A stretch of DNA of 64,000 nucleotides from an uncultured Aliarcobacter sp. (lineage in GTDB: Bacteria > Campylobacterota > Campylobacteria > Campylobacterales > Arcobacteraceae), in contig CAXXLV010000001.1 of assembly GCA_963664305.2 (NCBI GenBank), forward strand, positions 352,001 to 416,000, read 5' to 3'. Shown piece after piece: positions 24,915-34,989 of the stretch. Position 1 is the stretch's first letter, and every line of letters begins with the position of its first letter. The position numbers were made by a program, and so were the translations under genes. The notes beneath the pieces are model-generated. The model was not told the DNA's origin. It saw nothing but the letters and a program-made list of their open reading frames with translations, and made no database searches.

Positions 24915-27018
24915 TTTAATAGACTTAATAAAAGAAAAAACAAATCTATCAAATAATGTAATTTTAAATATCATCAAACTTTTAGATGAAGGTTGTACTA
25001 TTCCATTTATTGCAAGATATAGAAAAGATTTTACAAATGGTGCGACAGATGAAGAATTAAGAATTTTTGAAGAAGTATATGAATACTCAAAAAAACTATT
25101 AGCTAGAAAAGAAGAGATAAAAAATCTACTTGCTGAAAAAAATTTTTTAGATAATAAAGTTCTAAAAAATCTTGAAAGTGCAACTACACTTCAAGCTTGT
25201 GAAGATATTTATGCTCCATTTAAAGAGAAAAAATCTTCAAGAACAACAACAGCTATTGAAAATGGTTTAGAACCATTGGCAAATATTATTCAAAGTATGA
25301 AATATTCACTTGAAGAGATAAATCAAAAAGCAAAACAATTTTTAAATGAAAATGTTACGAATATTGATGAAGCACTAAATGGTGCAAAAGATATTATTGC
25401 TCAAAGATATGCAGATGATTTTAAATCAAAAGAGGTTTTAAGAAACCTGATAGCAAATTGGGGAACGTTAGAAATAAAAGAGACTAAAGAACTTGATAAA
25501 AATGGTCTTTATGCTTCTTTTGCAAACACAACTGAAAAAATAAAATATATTAAATCACATAGAGTTTTAGCAATTTTAAGAGCTGTAAATGAAAAACAAC
25601 TCTCGATAAAAGTTGAAATTGATGAAAATCATATTTTAGAAAATATTAAAAAATATAAAATACCAACAAATGCAGAAAGTTCAAAAGAGTTAGTATTTGA
25701 AGCTTACAAAGATGGATTAAAAAGGCTACTTCTTCCAAGTTTAAAAAGAGAAGCAATAACAAATCTAAAAGAAAAAGCAAGTAGTGAAGCCATAGAACTT
25801 TTTGGAAAAAATCTAAAAGAACTGCTTCTAACTGCACCACTAGTTAATCAAGTGATTTTAGGAATGGACCCTGGGTATAAAACTGGTTGTAAATTGGCAG
25901 TTATTGATGAAAATGGACTTTATTTAGATAGTGCTGTTATATATCCTACTAAACCAAAAGAAGATATAATAAGCTCATCAAAAGTTGTTTTAGATTTAAT
26001 CAAAAAATATAAAATCACAAGTATTGCAATAGGAAATGGAACAGCTTCAAGGGAAACTGCAAACTTTATAAATGAACTAATAAAACAACATGACTTAGAT
26101 GTAAACTATGCAATCGTTAGTGAAATAGGAGCTAGTGTTTATTCTGCTTCAAAAATTGCCATTGAAGAATATCCAAATCTAGACGTTACTATTAGAGGTG
26201 CAATTTCTATTGCTTCAAGGCTTCGTGACCCTATGGCAGCTTTGGTAAAGATTGACCCAAAATCTTTGGGTATTGGTCAATATCAACATGATGTGAATCA
26301 AAAAGAGTTAGCTTTAAAACTTGAAAATATAACAATTGACTTAGTAAATAAAGTTGGAGTTGATTTGAACTCTGCTTCATATAAACTTCTATCTTTTATA
26401 TCTGGTATTACTGAAAAGTTAGCAAAAAATATTGTTGAACATAGAAATAAAATCAAAAAGTTCAATACTAAAGATGAACTGCTTAAAGTAAAAGGTATTG
26501 GAGAAAAAGCATATGAGCAATGTGTTGGATTTTTAAGAATCAAAGATGGAAAATCAATCCTTGATAATACAGCAATTCACCCAGAAGATTATGAAATAAC
26601 TGCAAAACTGCAAAAAAACTACACTATAAAAGAGCTTGAAGAGATAAAAGATTTTGAAAAAGTTTCAAAGGAAATAAATACAAGTTTACTAAAACTAAAA
26701 GATATCGTAACTGAACTTTTAAAACCAGGATATGATGTAAGAACTGAGTTCAATCAAGTAAAATTTGCAAATGATATTTTGGATATCAATGATTTAAAAG
26801 AAGGATATATTTTAAGTGGAATAGTAAGAAACATCACTGACTTTGGTGCTTTTGTTGATATTGGACTAAAAAATGATGCCCTACTTCATATCTCACAAAT
26901 AAGTGAAAAAAGAATCTCTCATGCAAGTGATGTTTTAAGTATAAATCAAAATTTAGAAAATCTAAAAGTAATAAGTGTGGATTTAGAAAAACAAAGGGTT
27001 GGGTTGAGTTTAAGATGA
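24907..27018 (+). CDS. tex: Transcription accessory protein Tex (YqgF-like, HhH and S1 domains)
   Basis: TIPFIARYRK, GMDPGYKTGCK, GNGTASRET, GQYQHD and a C-terminal S1 domain (DFGAFVDIG). Confidence 0.92.
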   Translation: MTNLIDLIKEKTNLSNNVILNIIKLLDEGCTIPFIARYRKDFTNGATDEELRIFEEVYEYSKKLLARKEEIKNLLAEKNFLDNKVLKNLESATTLQACEDIYAPFKEKKSSRTTTAIENGLEPLANIIQSMKYSLEEINQKAKQFLNENVTNIDEALNGAKDIIAQRYADDFKSKEVLRNLIANWGTLEIKETKELDKNGLYASFANTTEKIKYIKSHRVLAILRAVNEKQLSIKVEIDENHILENIKKYKIPTNAESSKELVFEAYKDGLKRLLLPSLKREAITNLKEKASSEAIELFGKNLKELLLTAPLVNQVILGMDPGYKTGCKLAVIDENGLYLDSAVIYPTKPKEDIISSSKVVLDLIKKYKITSIAIGNGTASRETANFINELIKQHDLDVNYAIVSEIGASVYSASKIAIEEYPNLDVTIRGAISIASRLRDPMAALVKIDPKSLGIGQYQHDVNQKELALKLENITIDLVNKVGVDLNSASYKLLSFISGITEKLAKNIVEHRNKIKKFNTKDELLKVKGIGEKAYEQCVGFLRIKDGKSILDNTAIHPEDYEITAKLQKNYTIKELEEIKDFEKVSKEINTSLLKLKDIVTELLKPGYDVRTEFNQVKFANDILDINDLKEGYILSGIVRNITDFGAFVDIGLKNDALLHISQISEKRISHASDVLSINQNLENLKVISVDLEKQRVGLSLR

Positions 27019-27842
27019 ATGAAAAAGATTTTATAATAGATAAATTAAATAATGCATCACTTATTATTAAAGATGCTCACTCTTTTTTATTTTTAAATTT
27101 TGAACAAAAACATAAAATTGATGAACATAAATTAGGCTTAGGTAGCTTTTCTACAGCAATATCATTATTTGCATTAATTAATTTTGTATCAAAAGTATAT
27201 TTTATATTAAACAAAGGTGATGAAAAAATTGTAAATCAATCTAACATTGATGAATATAAAAGATTAGAAAATATTTTAAAAGAAAATAAGAAAGAGTGGA
27301 AAAATATTAAAAAATATTTTAAGAAACCTCGAATTGGTGAGATAAATGAAACTGATGCTTTTATTTTTCTAATTGAAAACTGCCCTATTGATTTTGGAAT
27401 TGATAAAACAAATAAAAAACAAATTTGTGAAGTTTGGCAAAATTATAGAAATAAATTAACTCATTTAATTTCATTAAAAGGGAATACTGTAAATGGTCAA
27501 ATGTTAATAAATTTAGTAATTCATCCTACAAAAGAAGGAATGTATCAAGAAATACTTAACCATATTAAAAGTAGAATAGAAATAGATAAAGCATTTGATA
27601 TTGAAGAAGAAAAAACCAAAAATAATATTCTAACAAAAAAAGCTGAATTAAAAAAAATCTTTGGAAATGAATTTTTACAAGTTATGATAAAAGATAAATG
27701 TCATATTGAAAGATTAGTTATCACCTCAGAAATACTTATTGAATGGTTAATTGAAGAAATTAAATCAGACAAATTTTCTGAAAATTATAATTTTTTAATA
27801 AATTGGTTAGAAGATGAGCTAAAAACTAGAGAAAACTTCTAG
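27015..27842 (+). CDS. Hypothetical alpha-helical protein with a HEPN-like RNxxxH motif
   Basis: 275-aa ORF coupled to tex (ATGA overlap); YRNKLTH motif; family not otherwise recognised. Confidence 0.55.
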   Translation: MNEKDFIIDKLNNASLIIKDAHSFLFLNFEQKHKIDEHKLGLGSFSTAISLFALINFVSKVYFILNKGDEKIVNQSNIDEYKRLENILKENKKEWKNIKKYFKKPRIGEINETDAFIFLIENCPIDFGIDKTNKKQICEVWQNYRNKLTHLISLKGNTVNGQMLINLVIHPTKEGMYQEILNHIKSRIEIDKAFDIEEEKTKNNILTKKAELKKIFGNEFLQVMIKDKCHIERLVITSEILIEWLIEEIKSDKFSENYNFLINWLEDELKTRENF

Positions 27843-27848
27843 TTTTTA

Positions 27849-28157
27849 TCAAAATCCCGTAACCAAAAAATCAACTGCTCCAATAATCTCTTCTCTTTTC
27901 TCTTTCAAAGAACAGATTTTATTTCCCAAAATTTCCATTGGAATACTTGCAAGTTCAGCAGTTGATAAAATCACATCTATTTGATTTATTGTAAATTTTG
28001 GATTTAAAAAATTTATTGATTGATTTGAAATTACCAAAGGTATCACTACTCTTGTAGTTAAATTTTTTAAAATATCATTTTGTATATCCAATAGATATGG
28101 AATATTTTGTCTTGATTTTTCATTTAGATTTTCATAAACATCAAATTGAGCCATCAA
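27849..28157 (-). CDS. ccdB: CcdB toxin (DNA gyrase poison family)
   Basis: MAQFDVYEN, PYLLDIQ, LTTRVVIPL, LNPKF and C-terminal IIGAVDFLVTGF. Confidence 0.9.
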   Translation of the reverse strand: MMAQFDVYENLNEKSRQNIPYLLDIQNDILKNLTTRVVIPLVISNQSINFLNPKFTINQIDVILSTAELASIPMEILGNKICSLKEKREEIIGAVDFLVTGF

Positions 28158-28399
28158 AAACTTCTTAATCCATCAGAAAACAGTCCATTTTGAGAGATTC
28201 TTTGATTATAATCTTCTATTGCTTCTTTGTTTTCTTTTTCCCAATTTTGAATTTCATGTTGTTTTATTAATTCTTCAAGAGTTTTTTCAACATTTGCAGA
28301 AATATTGATTTTATATTTTTTTGCTTTTTCTAACAATTCTGAATTTATAGAAATATTTGTAGCTTTCTTTTTTGCATCTTTATTATATATGGCTGTCAT
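28154..28399 (-). CDS. ccdA: CcdA antitoxin; probable start ATG 28399
   Basis: KKATNISINSELL (RHH), INIS, WEKENKEAIEDYN and GLFSDGLRSF; AAGGA RBS; overlaps ccdB. Confidence 0.9.
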   Translation of the reverse strand: MTAIYNKDAKKKATNISINSELLEKAKKYKINISANVEKTLEELIKQHEIQNWEKENKEAIEDYNQRISQNGLFSDGLRSF

Positions 28400-28412
28400 T
28401 ATACATCCTTTA

Positions 28413-28431
28413 TACACATATTTTATGTGTA
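28413..28431. promoter_or_regulatory. Inverted repeat, putative CcdA autoregulatory operator
   Basis: TACACATA-ttt-TATGTGTA, perfect 8-bp inverted repeat directly upstream of the ccdA RBS. Confidence 0.6.
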
Positions 28432-28532
28432 AGTATAACATAGATTATACTATTTTAAAATGAAAAGATAAGACTAGAAGAGTTTTTATAGTTTTTAAAT
28501 GTAATTGTATATCTACTTCAACTAAATAATAT

Positions 28533-30599
28533 TTAAACTAAAAATTCTGGTTCGTGGAATAGATAACCTTGAGAAAAATCTATTCCTAGAGATTCAACAA
28601 CTTCTTGAACTTCTTTACAGTGTACATACTCTGCAACAGTTTGAATACCAAGTACTTTTGCAAAATTTACAATAGTTGAAACTGTTAATCTGATGTTATC
28701 ATCAATGTGAATATTTTTAATCAATGAACCATCTATTTTTATAAAATCGACATTTAATTTTATAATATATTCAAAATTTGAATATCCTGTTCCAAAATCA
28801 TCAATAGCAACTTTACAACCAAGTGCTTTTGCTTTTTTTATAAATTCTCCAACTTCTTCAAACTTTTCAATTCCTTCTGATTCAACTATCTCTAAAATTA
28901 CTCTTTTTGCCAAATTCGTTTCAGTTAATTTTGAAAATAAAAAATTTACCGTTTTTTCATTTTTTATATCTTCAATCATCAAATTAATAGAAAAAACCAT
29001 ATCTTTATCTACAAAATAATTACAAGCCTTTTCAATTATTTTTTTTGTCATTTGAGGATAAAGTCTTGCTCTTTTTGCATGTTCTAAAAATATAAATGGA
29101 GATAAGATAGTTCCATTTGATAATTTCATTCTCATTAATATTTCATATTTAATTTCATTAGATTTGTTATCAATAATTTTTTGAGCATACATTAAAATAT
29201 TCTCATCTTTTAATGCTTGTTTTATATCTTTTGTTAGTTCTATATTTCTTTTTAGTTCTTTATATATAGGCATCTCTTCATTAAAAATTCCTATATCAAT
29301 ATTAATCTTTTTTGCCCAAAATAGTGCAATTTCGGCATGAGTTAATAACTTCTCATCATTGTCTGCCATACCTATTGTAAAAGAGATATCAAAACTATTA
29401 TCATCAATAATAAAATTTTCTCTATCACATAAAATATTAAGATTAGAACATGTTTTATATAATTCATCCATTTTGAAATTTCCAAAAGCCATAAAAGCAA
29501 AAATATCACCAGAAATTCTATAAATATTCAGATTTATACTTTTAAATATTAATAATTTTTTTGCAAATTCTTTTAATATTCTATCCCCTATTTCCATTCC
29601 ATAAGAGCTATTTATGTCTTTAAATCTATCAATATTTATAATTGCAAGTTTAGGATTAATACAAGTTTTCAAATCTTTTAAAAGTTTTTGTCTATTTGGT
29701 AAAGAAGTTAATTCATCAGTAAATTGTTCATAAATTAATTCATCTTTTTCAAATAAAGAAGTTACATCATTTCTTATTGCTATATACTCTAATATCTCAT
29801 TGTTTTTATCTAAAATTGGAATTATTGTTGAATCAACATAATATCCTTGTCCACTTTTTTTTCTATTTTTTATTATGCCTTTAAATATTTTTTTGTTTTT
29901 GATTGTTTCCCATAATTGTTTAAAAAACTCTTTTTCAATATCTGGATGTCTGATTATATTATGATTTTGTCCAATTAATTCTTCTCTTTTATATCCTGAG
30001 ATTTCACAAAATTTATCATTTACATACGTAATAATTCCATGTAAATTTGTTTTTGAAACAACAGAACTTGCATCTAAAGCTTTTTTATACTCTTCTAATA
30101 ACAATATAGATTCAGATAAATTCTCATAATTTTCATTGTACATCCACATTGTTTCATTTATTTGTTGAATATAATTATCTTTTTGTTCAACAATTAATTT
30201 CTGATTTAAAAGCTCTTTTTCTAATCTTTTTATTTTTTCAAGATTCTTTAACTTATTTATTATGATTTCTTTACCATCTATCACTATCTTTTTTAAATTC
30301 ACTTCAACATAAAAAATTTCATTGGTAAAAGTTTTAGATAGCCATTCAAAAGTATGTTCACCATTTATAAGACAAAGTTCAAGCATTTTATTGGCTTTTA
30401 TTAACGATAGTTCACCATCTGGTTGATATTCAGGAGATAAAATAGCAGGATGTAATTCAAATAATTCTTCTTTTGAACTTACTTCAAATAAATTAAGAGC
30501 TGACGAATTTCCATAAATGAAATGTTGCCCTTCTATAAGAAGAATAGGTTCTGAAATAGCATTGAAAATTGCTTCAAAAAAAGAATTATTTTTTTCCAA
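28533..30599 (-). CDS. PAS-PAS-GGDEF(degenerate)-EAL protein, likely c-di-GMP phosphodiesterase
   Basis: Two PAS-like regions, SGDIF in place of GGDEF, EIL, DDFGTGYSN, KIDGS and QGY. Confidence 0.85.
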   Translation of the reverse strand: MEKNNSFFEAIFNAISEPILLIEGQHFIYGNSSALNLFEVSSKEELFELHPAILSPEYQPDGELSLIKANKMLELCLINGEHTFEWLSKTFTNEIFYVEVNLKKIVIDGKEIIINKLKNLEKIKRLEKELLNQKLIVEQKDNYIQQINETMWMYNENYENLSESILLLEEYKKALDASSVVSKTNLHGIITYVNDKFCEISGYKREELIGQNHNIIRHPDIEKEFFKQLWETIKNKKIFKGIIKNRKKSGQGYYVDSTIIPILDKNNEILEYIAIRNDVTSLFEKDELIYEQFTDELTSLPNRQKLLKDLKTCINPKLAIINIDRFKDINSSYGMEIGDRILKEFAKKLLIFKSINLNIYRISGDIFAFMAFGNFKMDELYKTCSNLNILCDRENFIIDDNSFDISFTIGMADNDEKLLTHAEIALFWAKKINIDIGIFNEEMPIYKELKRNIELTKDIKQALKDENILMYAQKIIDNKSNEIKYEILMRMKLSNGTILSPFIFLEHAKRARLYPQMTKKIIEKACNYFVDKDMVFSINLMIEDIKNEKTVNFLFSKLTETNLAKRVILEIVESEGIEKFEEVGEFIKKAKALGCKVAIDDFGTGYSNFEYIIKLNVDFIKIDGSLIKNIHIDDNIRLTVSTIVNFAKVLGIQTVAEYVHCKEVQEVVESLGIDFSQGYLFHEPEFLV

Positions 30600-30679
30600 T
30601 TAGAATCCTAGATATAATTTTTAAATTATATTATTTTATTATTTATTCTAACATTATACAAAAAAACTAGAGATATTCT

Positions 30680-31063
30680 CTAGTTTTTAAAAGCGATTGT
30701 ATCTACCTCAACTAAAACATTTTTTGGTAAAGTTTTAACTGCAACTGTACTTCTTGCTGGTGCAGTTTCACCTTTGAAATATTGCCCATAAATTTCATTG
30801 AAAGCAACAAAATTATCCATATCTGATAAATAACAAGTTGTTTTTAAAACATTTTCAAAAGAACTTCCAGCTTCTTCTAAAACTGCTTTTAAATTTTCCA
30901 TAACTTGTTTTGTTTGTTCTTGAACTCCACCACTTACTATTTCCATAGTTGTTGGGTCTAATGCAATTTGTCCAGAAGTAAAGATTAATTTATCAAAAGC
31001 TGTTGCTTGATTGTATGGTCCTATTGCACTTGGTGCTTTTGGTGTAGAGATTATAGTTTTCAT
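30680..31063 (-). CDS. ridA: RidA family reactive imine deaminase
   Basis: APSAIGPY, TSGQI, PARSTV..LP and VEVD. Confidence 0.9.
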   Translation of the reverse strand: MKTIISTPKAPSAIGPYNQATAFDKLIFTSGQIALDPTTMEIVSGGVQEQTKQVMENLKAVLEEAGSSFENVLKTTCYLSDMDNFVAFNEIYGQYFKGETAPARSTVAVKTLPKNVLVEVDTIAFKN

Positions 31064-31107
31064 TTATTTCCTTTGTCTAAATCTTTATTGAATTTTTTAG
31101 TTGCGTA

Positions 31108-31896
31108 TTATACAAGGTTCTTACTTTCTCTTGGGAAAAACAATTCAAAATCTTTTTTAATATGACATAAAACTTCATGATTTGCTTTTATAAAACCTTT
31201 GTATTCAAGTGCAGCTAAAACTACTGCTTTTGAATATGTAAGTACACTTTCATCTTCCAAATATTTTTTTACATCTATCCATTTTGCATCAAGAATTTCA
31301 TGGGTATCTTGAATATTTATTTCTAAAGTTTTTGGATTTGCTGTACATAAAACGTATAAATTTGATTTATGAAATTGATGTGGGAAAAAATGTCCTAAAG
31401 ATATAATCGATTCAAATTCTACAATAACACCTGTTTCTTCAAAAACTTCTCTTGCAACTGCTGTTGAAATCATCTCACCATTATCTATATGACCACCAGG
31501 AAGTTTGTAACCTAAATTTAAAACCTTTTCTTTTATTACTAAAATTTCATTATTTTCATTTATTACTACTGCTCCAACACCTAATGTATGATTTGCACAA
31601 GTTGGTATTACTGTATTTTCTTTTAATCTTTTTACTATAAGTAAATAATCTTCATCGCAAGAATGAAATATAAAACCTCTTTTTGTAGCAATTGGTATAA
31701 AATCTGATTTTTTTATATCGATATAAATCCAAATTAAATTTCTTTTATTTTCAAGTTCACTGATTAAAAAATCAAGATTTATTTCAAACTCTTCTTTTGT
31801 ATTTGGTAAATCTTTTTGCTCAATAGTAATTCCATTATAAGGGTCTAAAATTGTATTAAAACACCCTATTTTTTCTAAACTCGTATTATTATTCAT
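31108..31896 (-). CDS. Nudix hydrolase with an N-terminal pre-Nudix-like domain
   Basis: Nudix box GGHIDNGEMISTAVAREVFEETG; HTLGVGAVVIN. Confidence 0.85.
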   Translation of the reverse strand: MNNNTSLEKIGCFNTILDPYNGITIEQKDLPNTKEEFEINLDFLISELENKRNLIWIYIDIKKSDFIPIATKRGFIFHSCDEDYLLIVKRLKENTVIPTCANHTLGVGAVVINENNEILVIKEKVLNLGYKLPGGHIDNGEMISTAVAREVFEETGVIVEFESIISLGHFFPHQFHKSNLYVLCTANPKTLEINIQDTHEILDAKWIDVKKYLEDESVLTYSKAVVLAALEYKGFIKANHEVLCHIKKDFELFFPRESKNLV

Positions 31897-31926
31897 TAAT
31901 TACCCTTTATATTGGGAAAATGATAA

Positions 31927-32541
31927 CTAAAATGAGATTAATTCAATTAAAGAGAAAGCAATAAAAAGCATTAAAAATCCAATTGAAACATCTAATATTT
32001 TCCAAGTAATAGGTTTTTTAAATAGAGGTATTAAAACTCTAGCTCCAAAACCAAGCAATGTAAACCAAAATGCAGAGGCACTAACAGCACCTATTAGAAA
32101 ATAGATTTTTAAACTATCTTCAATATTTGCACCAATTCCACCAATCAATAAAACCGTGTCAAGATAAGTGTGTGGATTTAAATAAGTAAAAATCAAAACC
32201 ATCGAAATAACTTTTTTCAATGGATTTGTTTTTATTTCATCATCAATTTTCATACTCTCATTTTTTAAAGCACTTTTAAAAGATAAAATTGCATAAAAAA
32301 TTAAAAAAGCTATTCCAAATATTGCAATAGAATTTATAAGTATTTGATTTCCCTTTATAAAAAATCCTAAGCCCATTACACCAAGAAAGATAAGTAAAAA
32401 ATCTGATAAGATACAAATGATAATAGCTGGTAAAACATATTGTCTTAAAAGCCCCAGTTTTAAGATATAAGCATTTTGAGCTCCTATTGCTACTATCAAA
32501 GAAATAGTTACAACAAAACCTTTAAGAAAAATTTCAAGCAT
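31927..32541 (-). CDS. LysE/ArgO family amino acid exporter
   Basis: LIVAIGAQNAYIL and LNPHTYLDT. Confidence 0.9.
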   Translation of the reverse strand: MLEIFLKGFVVTISLIVAIGAQNAYILKLGLLRQYVLPAIIICILSDFLLIFLGVMGLGFFIKGNQILINSIAIFGIAFLIFYAILSFKSALKNESMKIDDEIKTNPLKKVISMVLIFTYLNPHTYLDTVLLIGGIGANIEDSLKIYFLIGAVSASAFWFTLLGFGARVLIPLFKKPITWKILDVSIGFLMLFIAFSLIELISF

Positions 32542-33172
32542 TTAAATAGACTTTACTTAAATTAACTATTCCACTAACGATAAATTGAACTGCTATTGCT
32601 CCAACAATTAGTCCCATTAGTTTTGTAATGATATTTTGACCTGTTTGTCCAAAATATTTTTTTATATAAATTGAGTTTTTTAATATCAGATAGAACAATA
32701 AAGCATTTATACAAAAAGCCATTGAAATAGAAAATAAATCAAAAGCAGTTTGAGCTTGATGTTTAAAAATAATAATTGTTGTAAATAATCCTGTTCCAAA
32801 TGCAATTGGAATTCCTATAGGAATTACAGCTAACTCTTCATCATTTTTTGTAGTATCTTTTCTATTTTTATTTTCTGTCGCTTTTCCATTTACCATTGAA
32901 ATTGCCATTAAAATAAGAATAATTCCACCCATAACTTTTAATGAATTTTCATCAATACTAAAAAGTTTTAAAATCAAATCACCAGTTATTAAAACTATAA
33001 AAAAAGCTACTAAAATAGTAATCGTAGATTTATATGCGATTGTTGAGATTTGAGTTTTTGTGATGTTTGTATCTAAAATTGACAAAGCAATCGCACTTAT
33101 TCCAATTGGGTCTAAAATTGCAAAAAATGTGATTGTTTGTTGTAAGAAAGTTGCTAAGGCTAAGCTATCCAT
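32534..33172 (-). CDS. MarC family membrane protein
   Basis: FAILDPIG, AVIPIGIP and KLMGLI; about 6 TM segments. Confidence 0.85.
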   Translation of the reverse strand: MDSLALATFLQQTITFFAILDPIGISAIALSILDTNITKTQISTIAYKSTITILVAFFIVLITGDLILKLFSIDENSLKVMGGIILILMAISMVNGKATENKNRKDTTKNDEELAVIPIGIPIAFGTGLFTTIIIFKHQAQTAFDLFSISMAFCINALLFYLILKNSIYIKKYFGQTGQNIITKLMGLIVGAIAVQFIVSGIVNLSKVYLNA

Positions 33173-34144
33173 TTAGCTTAACCCACCTTTTAATGCCATT
33201 CGTTTTTCTAATCTATGACCAATAAAACTTAATATAGAAGTAATTGATAAATAAACTAATGCTATAACTATCCATGTTTCAAATGGAGAGAAAGTATTTG
33301 CAACTATCTCTTTTCCAACTTTTGTTAAATCTGTAATTGAAATAACAGAAACTAAAGAAGAATCTTTTACTAAAGATATCATCTCTCCAACAAGTGTTGG
33401 TAAAGCTCTTTTAAAAGCTTGAGGTAAAATGATATATCTCATAGCTTGATAATTTGAAATACCTAAAGATTTTGCAGCTTCTAATTGTCCTTTATCTATT
33501 GATTGGATAGCTCCTCTTAAAATTTCAGCCATGTAAGCTCCAAAGAAAATTCCAAGAGCTAAAACCCCAGCTACAAATCTGTCAAGTTCAAAAATATTTG
33601 CAACTATAAAATAGAATAAAAATATCTGAACTAAAAGTGGAGTTCCTCTAACAATCGTAATATAAACACTTGCAATATCTTTTAGAAATTGGAAAGAAGA
33701 CAACTTCATAAAAGCTACAATAGTTCCCAATACAAAAGTTAAAATTGCAGCAAAAAATGAGATTTTTAAAGTAACCCAAAGTCCTGTTAAAACAGGTCCT
33801 ATTTTAGTTGTAGTTTTAGATGCGATATTATCGCCTTCATAAATATCTTCTCCAACTTTATATGAAATTTTAAAACTATCATCCATATTTAATTTTATTT
33901 GTTCATCATCTTTTGACTTCACATAATAAACATTATCTATTTTTTCTAAAACTCCATTTGCAGGTGCTTCAACATATTTTGTTTCATCATACATAAAATA
34001 GTTTGGAATGGTATTCCATTTCCAAACATAGTTCATATTTGCAGCTGCTAAATATAATAGATATCCAATAACAACATAAAAAAGTAGAGCAATAAAATGC
34101 CCTAAAGTCTTATTTTGTGCTAATAATTGTTTTCTTTTACCCAT
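33173..34144 (-). CDS. Polar amino acid ABC transporter permease
   Basis: RGTPLLVQ, AEILRG, EAA loop (GQLEAAKSLG) and KDSSL. Confidence 0.92.
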   Translation of the reverse strand: MGKRKQLLAQNKTLGHFIALLFYVVIGYLLYLAAANMNYVWKWNTIPNYFMYDETKYVEAPANGVLEKIDNVYYVKSKDDEQIKLNMDDSFKISYKVGEDIYEGDNIASKTTTKIGPVLTGLWVTLKISFFAAILTFVLGTIVAFMKLSSFQFLKDIASVYITIVRGTPLLVQIFLFYFIVANIFELDRFVAGVLALGIFFGAYMAEILRGAIQSIDKGQLEAAKSLGISNYQAMRYIILPQAFKRALPTLVGEMISLVKDSSLVSVISITDLTKVGKEIVANTFSPFETWIVIALVYLSITSILSFIGHRLEKRMALKGGLS

Positions 34145-34147
34145 AAA

Positions 34148-34963
34148 TTATTGAACTCTTTTTAACCAGTCAGTATCAACTAACCATTTTTGATATAACT
34201 CATCTGAGAAACCAATAACTTTATCCTCTTTCATTTGTCTTAAGAAATTATTTAACCAATTTATAAAATCTGGGTCACCTTTTCTAACAGCAAAACCTAA
34301 TGGTTCATAAGTTAAAGGAGTATCTAAATGAATTAATTTATCTTTACCTTTATCACTCATAAATAAAACATTATAAGGTTGGTCATATACCATTGCAGCA
34401 GCTTTTCCATTTAATACTTCAGCAGCAGCATCTACTTCTGTTTCAAAAGTTACAATTTTTGCATGTTTAAAGAATTTTTTAGTAGCAATTTCACCTGTAA
34501 CTCCAAGTTTTGTAACAATTGTATATTCAGGTTTATCTAAATCTTTTGCAGTTTTAACTTTACCTTCTAAATCTTTACTCATCATTACAGTTTGTCCAAC
34601 TACAATATATGGGTCAGAAAAATTAACAGTTAGATTTCTTTGTTGAGTTATTGTCATACCTGACATGATAATATCACATTTTTCAGTTATAAGTGCAGCA
34701 ATAATTCCATCCCACGCAGTTGGAATAAGTTTTAGTTTAACACCCATATCTTTCGACATTTGTCTTGCAATATCAATATCATAACCAATAATATTTCCCT
34801 TTTTATCAGTCATCTCAAAAGGCATATAACCAGGTTCAGTACATACTTGAAGTTCACCCCTTTGAACAATTTTATTCAATGTTGAATTTTGCCATAGATT
34901 AATATCTGATGCAAAACTATTTACAGTTGCTAATGCCACAAGTCCTAAGATAAATTTTTTCAT
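34148..34963 (-). CDS. Polar amino acid ABC transporter substrate-binding protein
   Basis: Signal peptide; YMPFE, GYDID, SGMTITQQR and FSDPY. Confidence 0.92.
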   Translation of the reverse strand: MKKFILGLVALATVNSFASDINLWQNSTLNKIVQRGELQVCTEPGYMPFEMTDKKGNIIGYDIDIARQMSKDMGVKLKLIPTAWDGIIAALITEKCDIIMSGMTITQQRNLTVNFSDPYIVVGQTVMMSKDLEGKVKTAKDLDKPEYTIVTKLGVTGEIATKKFFKHAKIVTFETEVDAAAEVLNGKAAAMVYDQPYNVLFMSDKGKDKLIHLDTPLTYEPLGFAVRKGDPDFINWLNNFLRQMKEDKVIGFSDELYQKWLVDTDWLKRVQ

Positions 34964-34989
34964 ACTATTTCTCCTTGTTTAGTTTTAAT

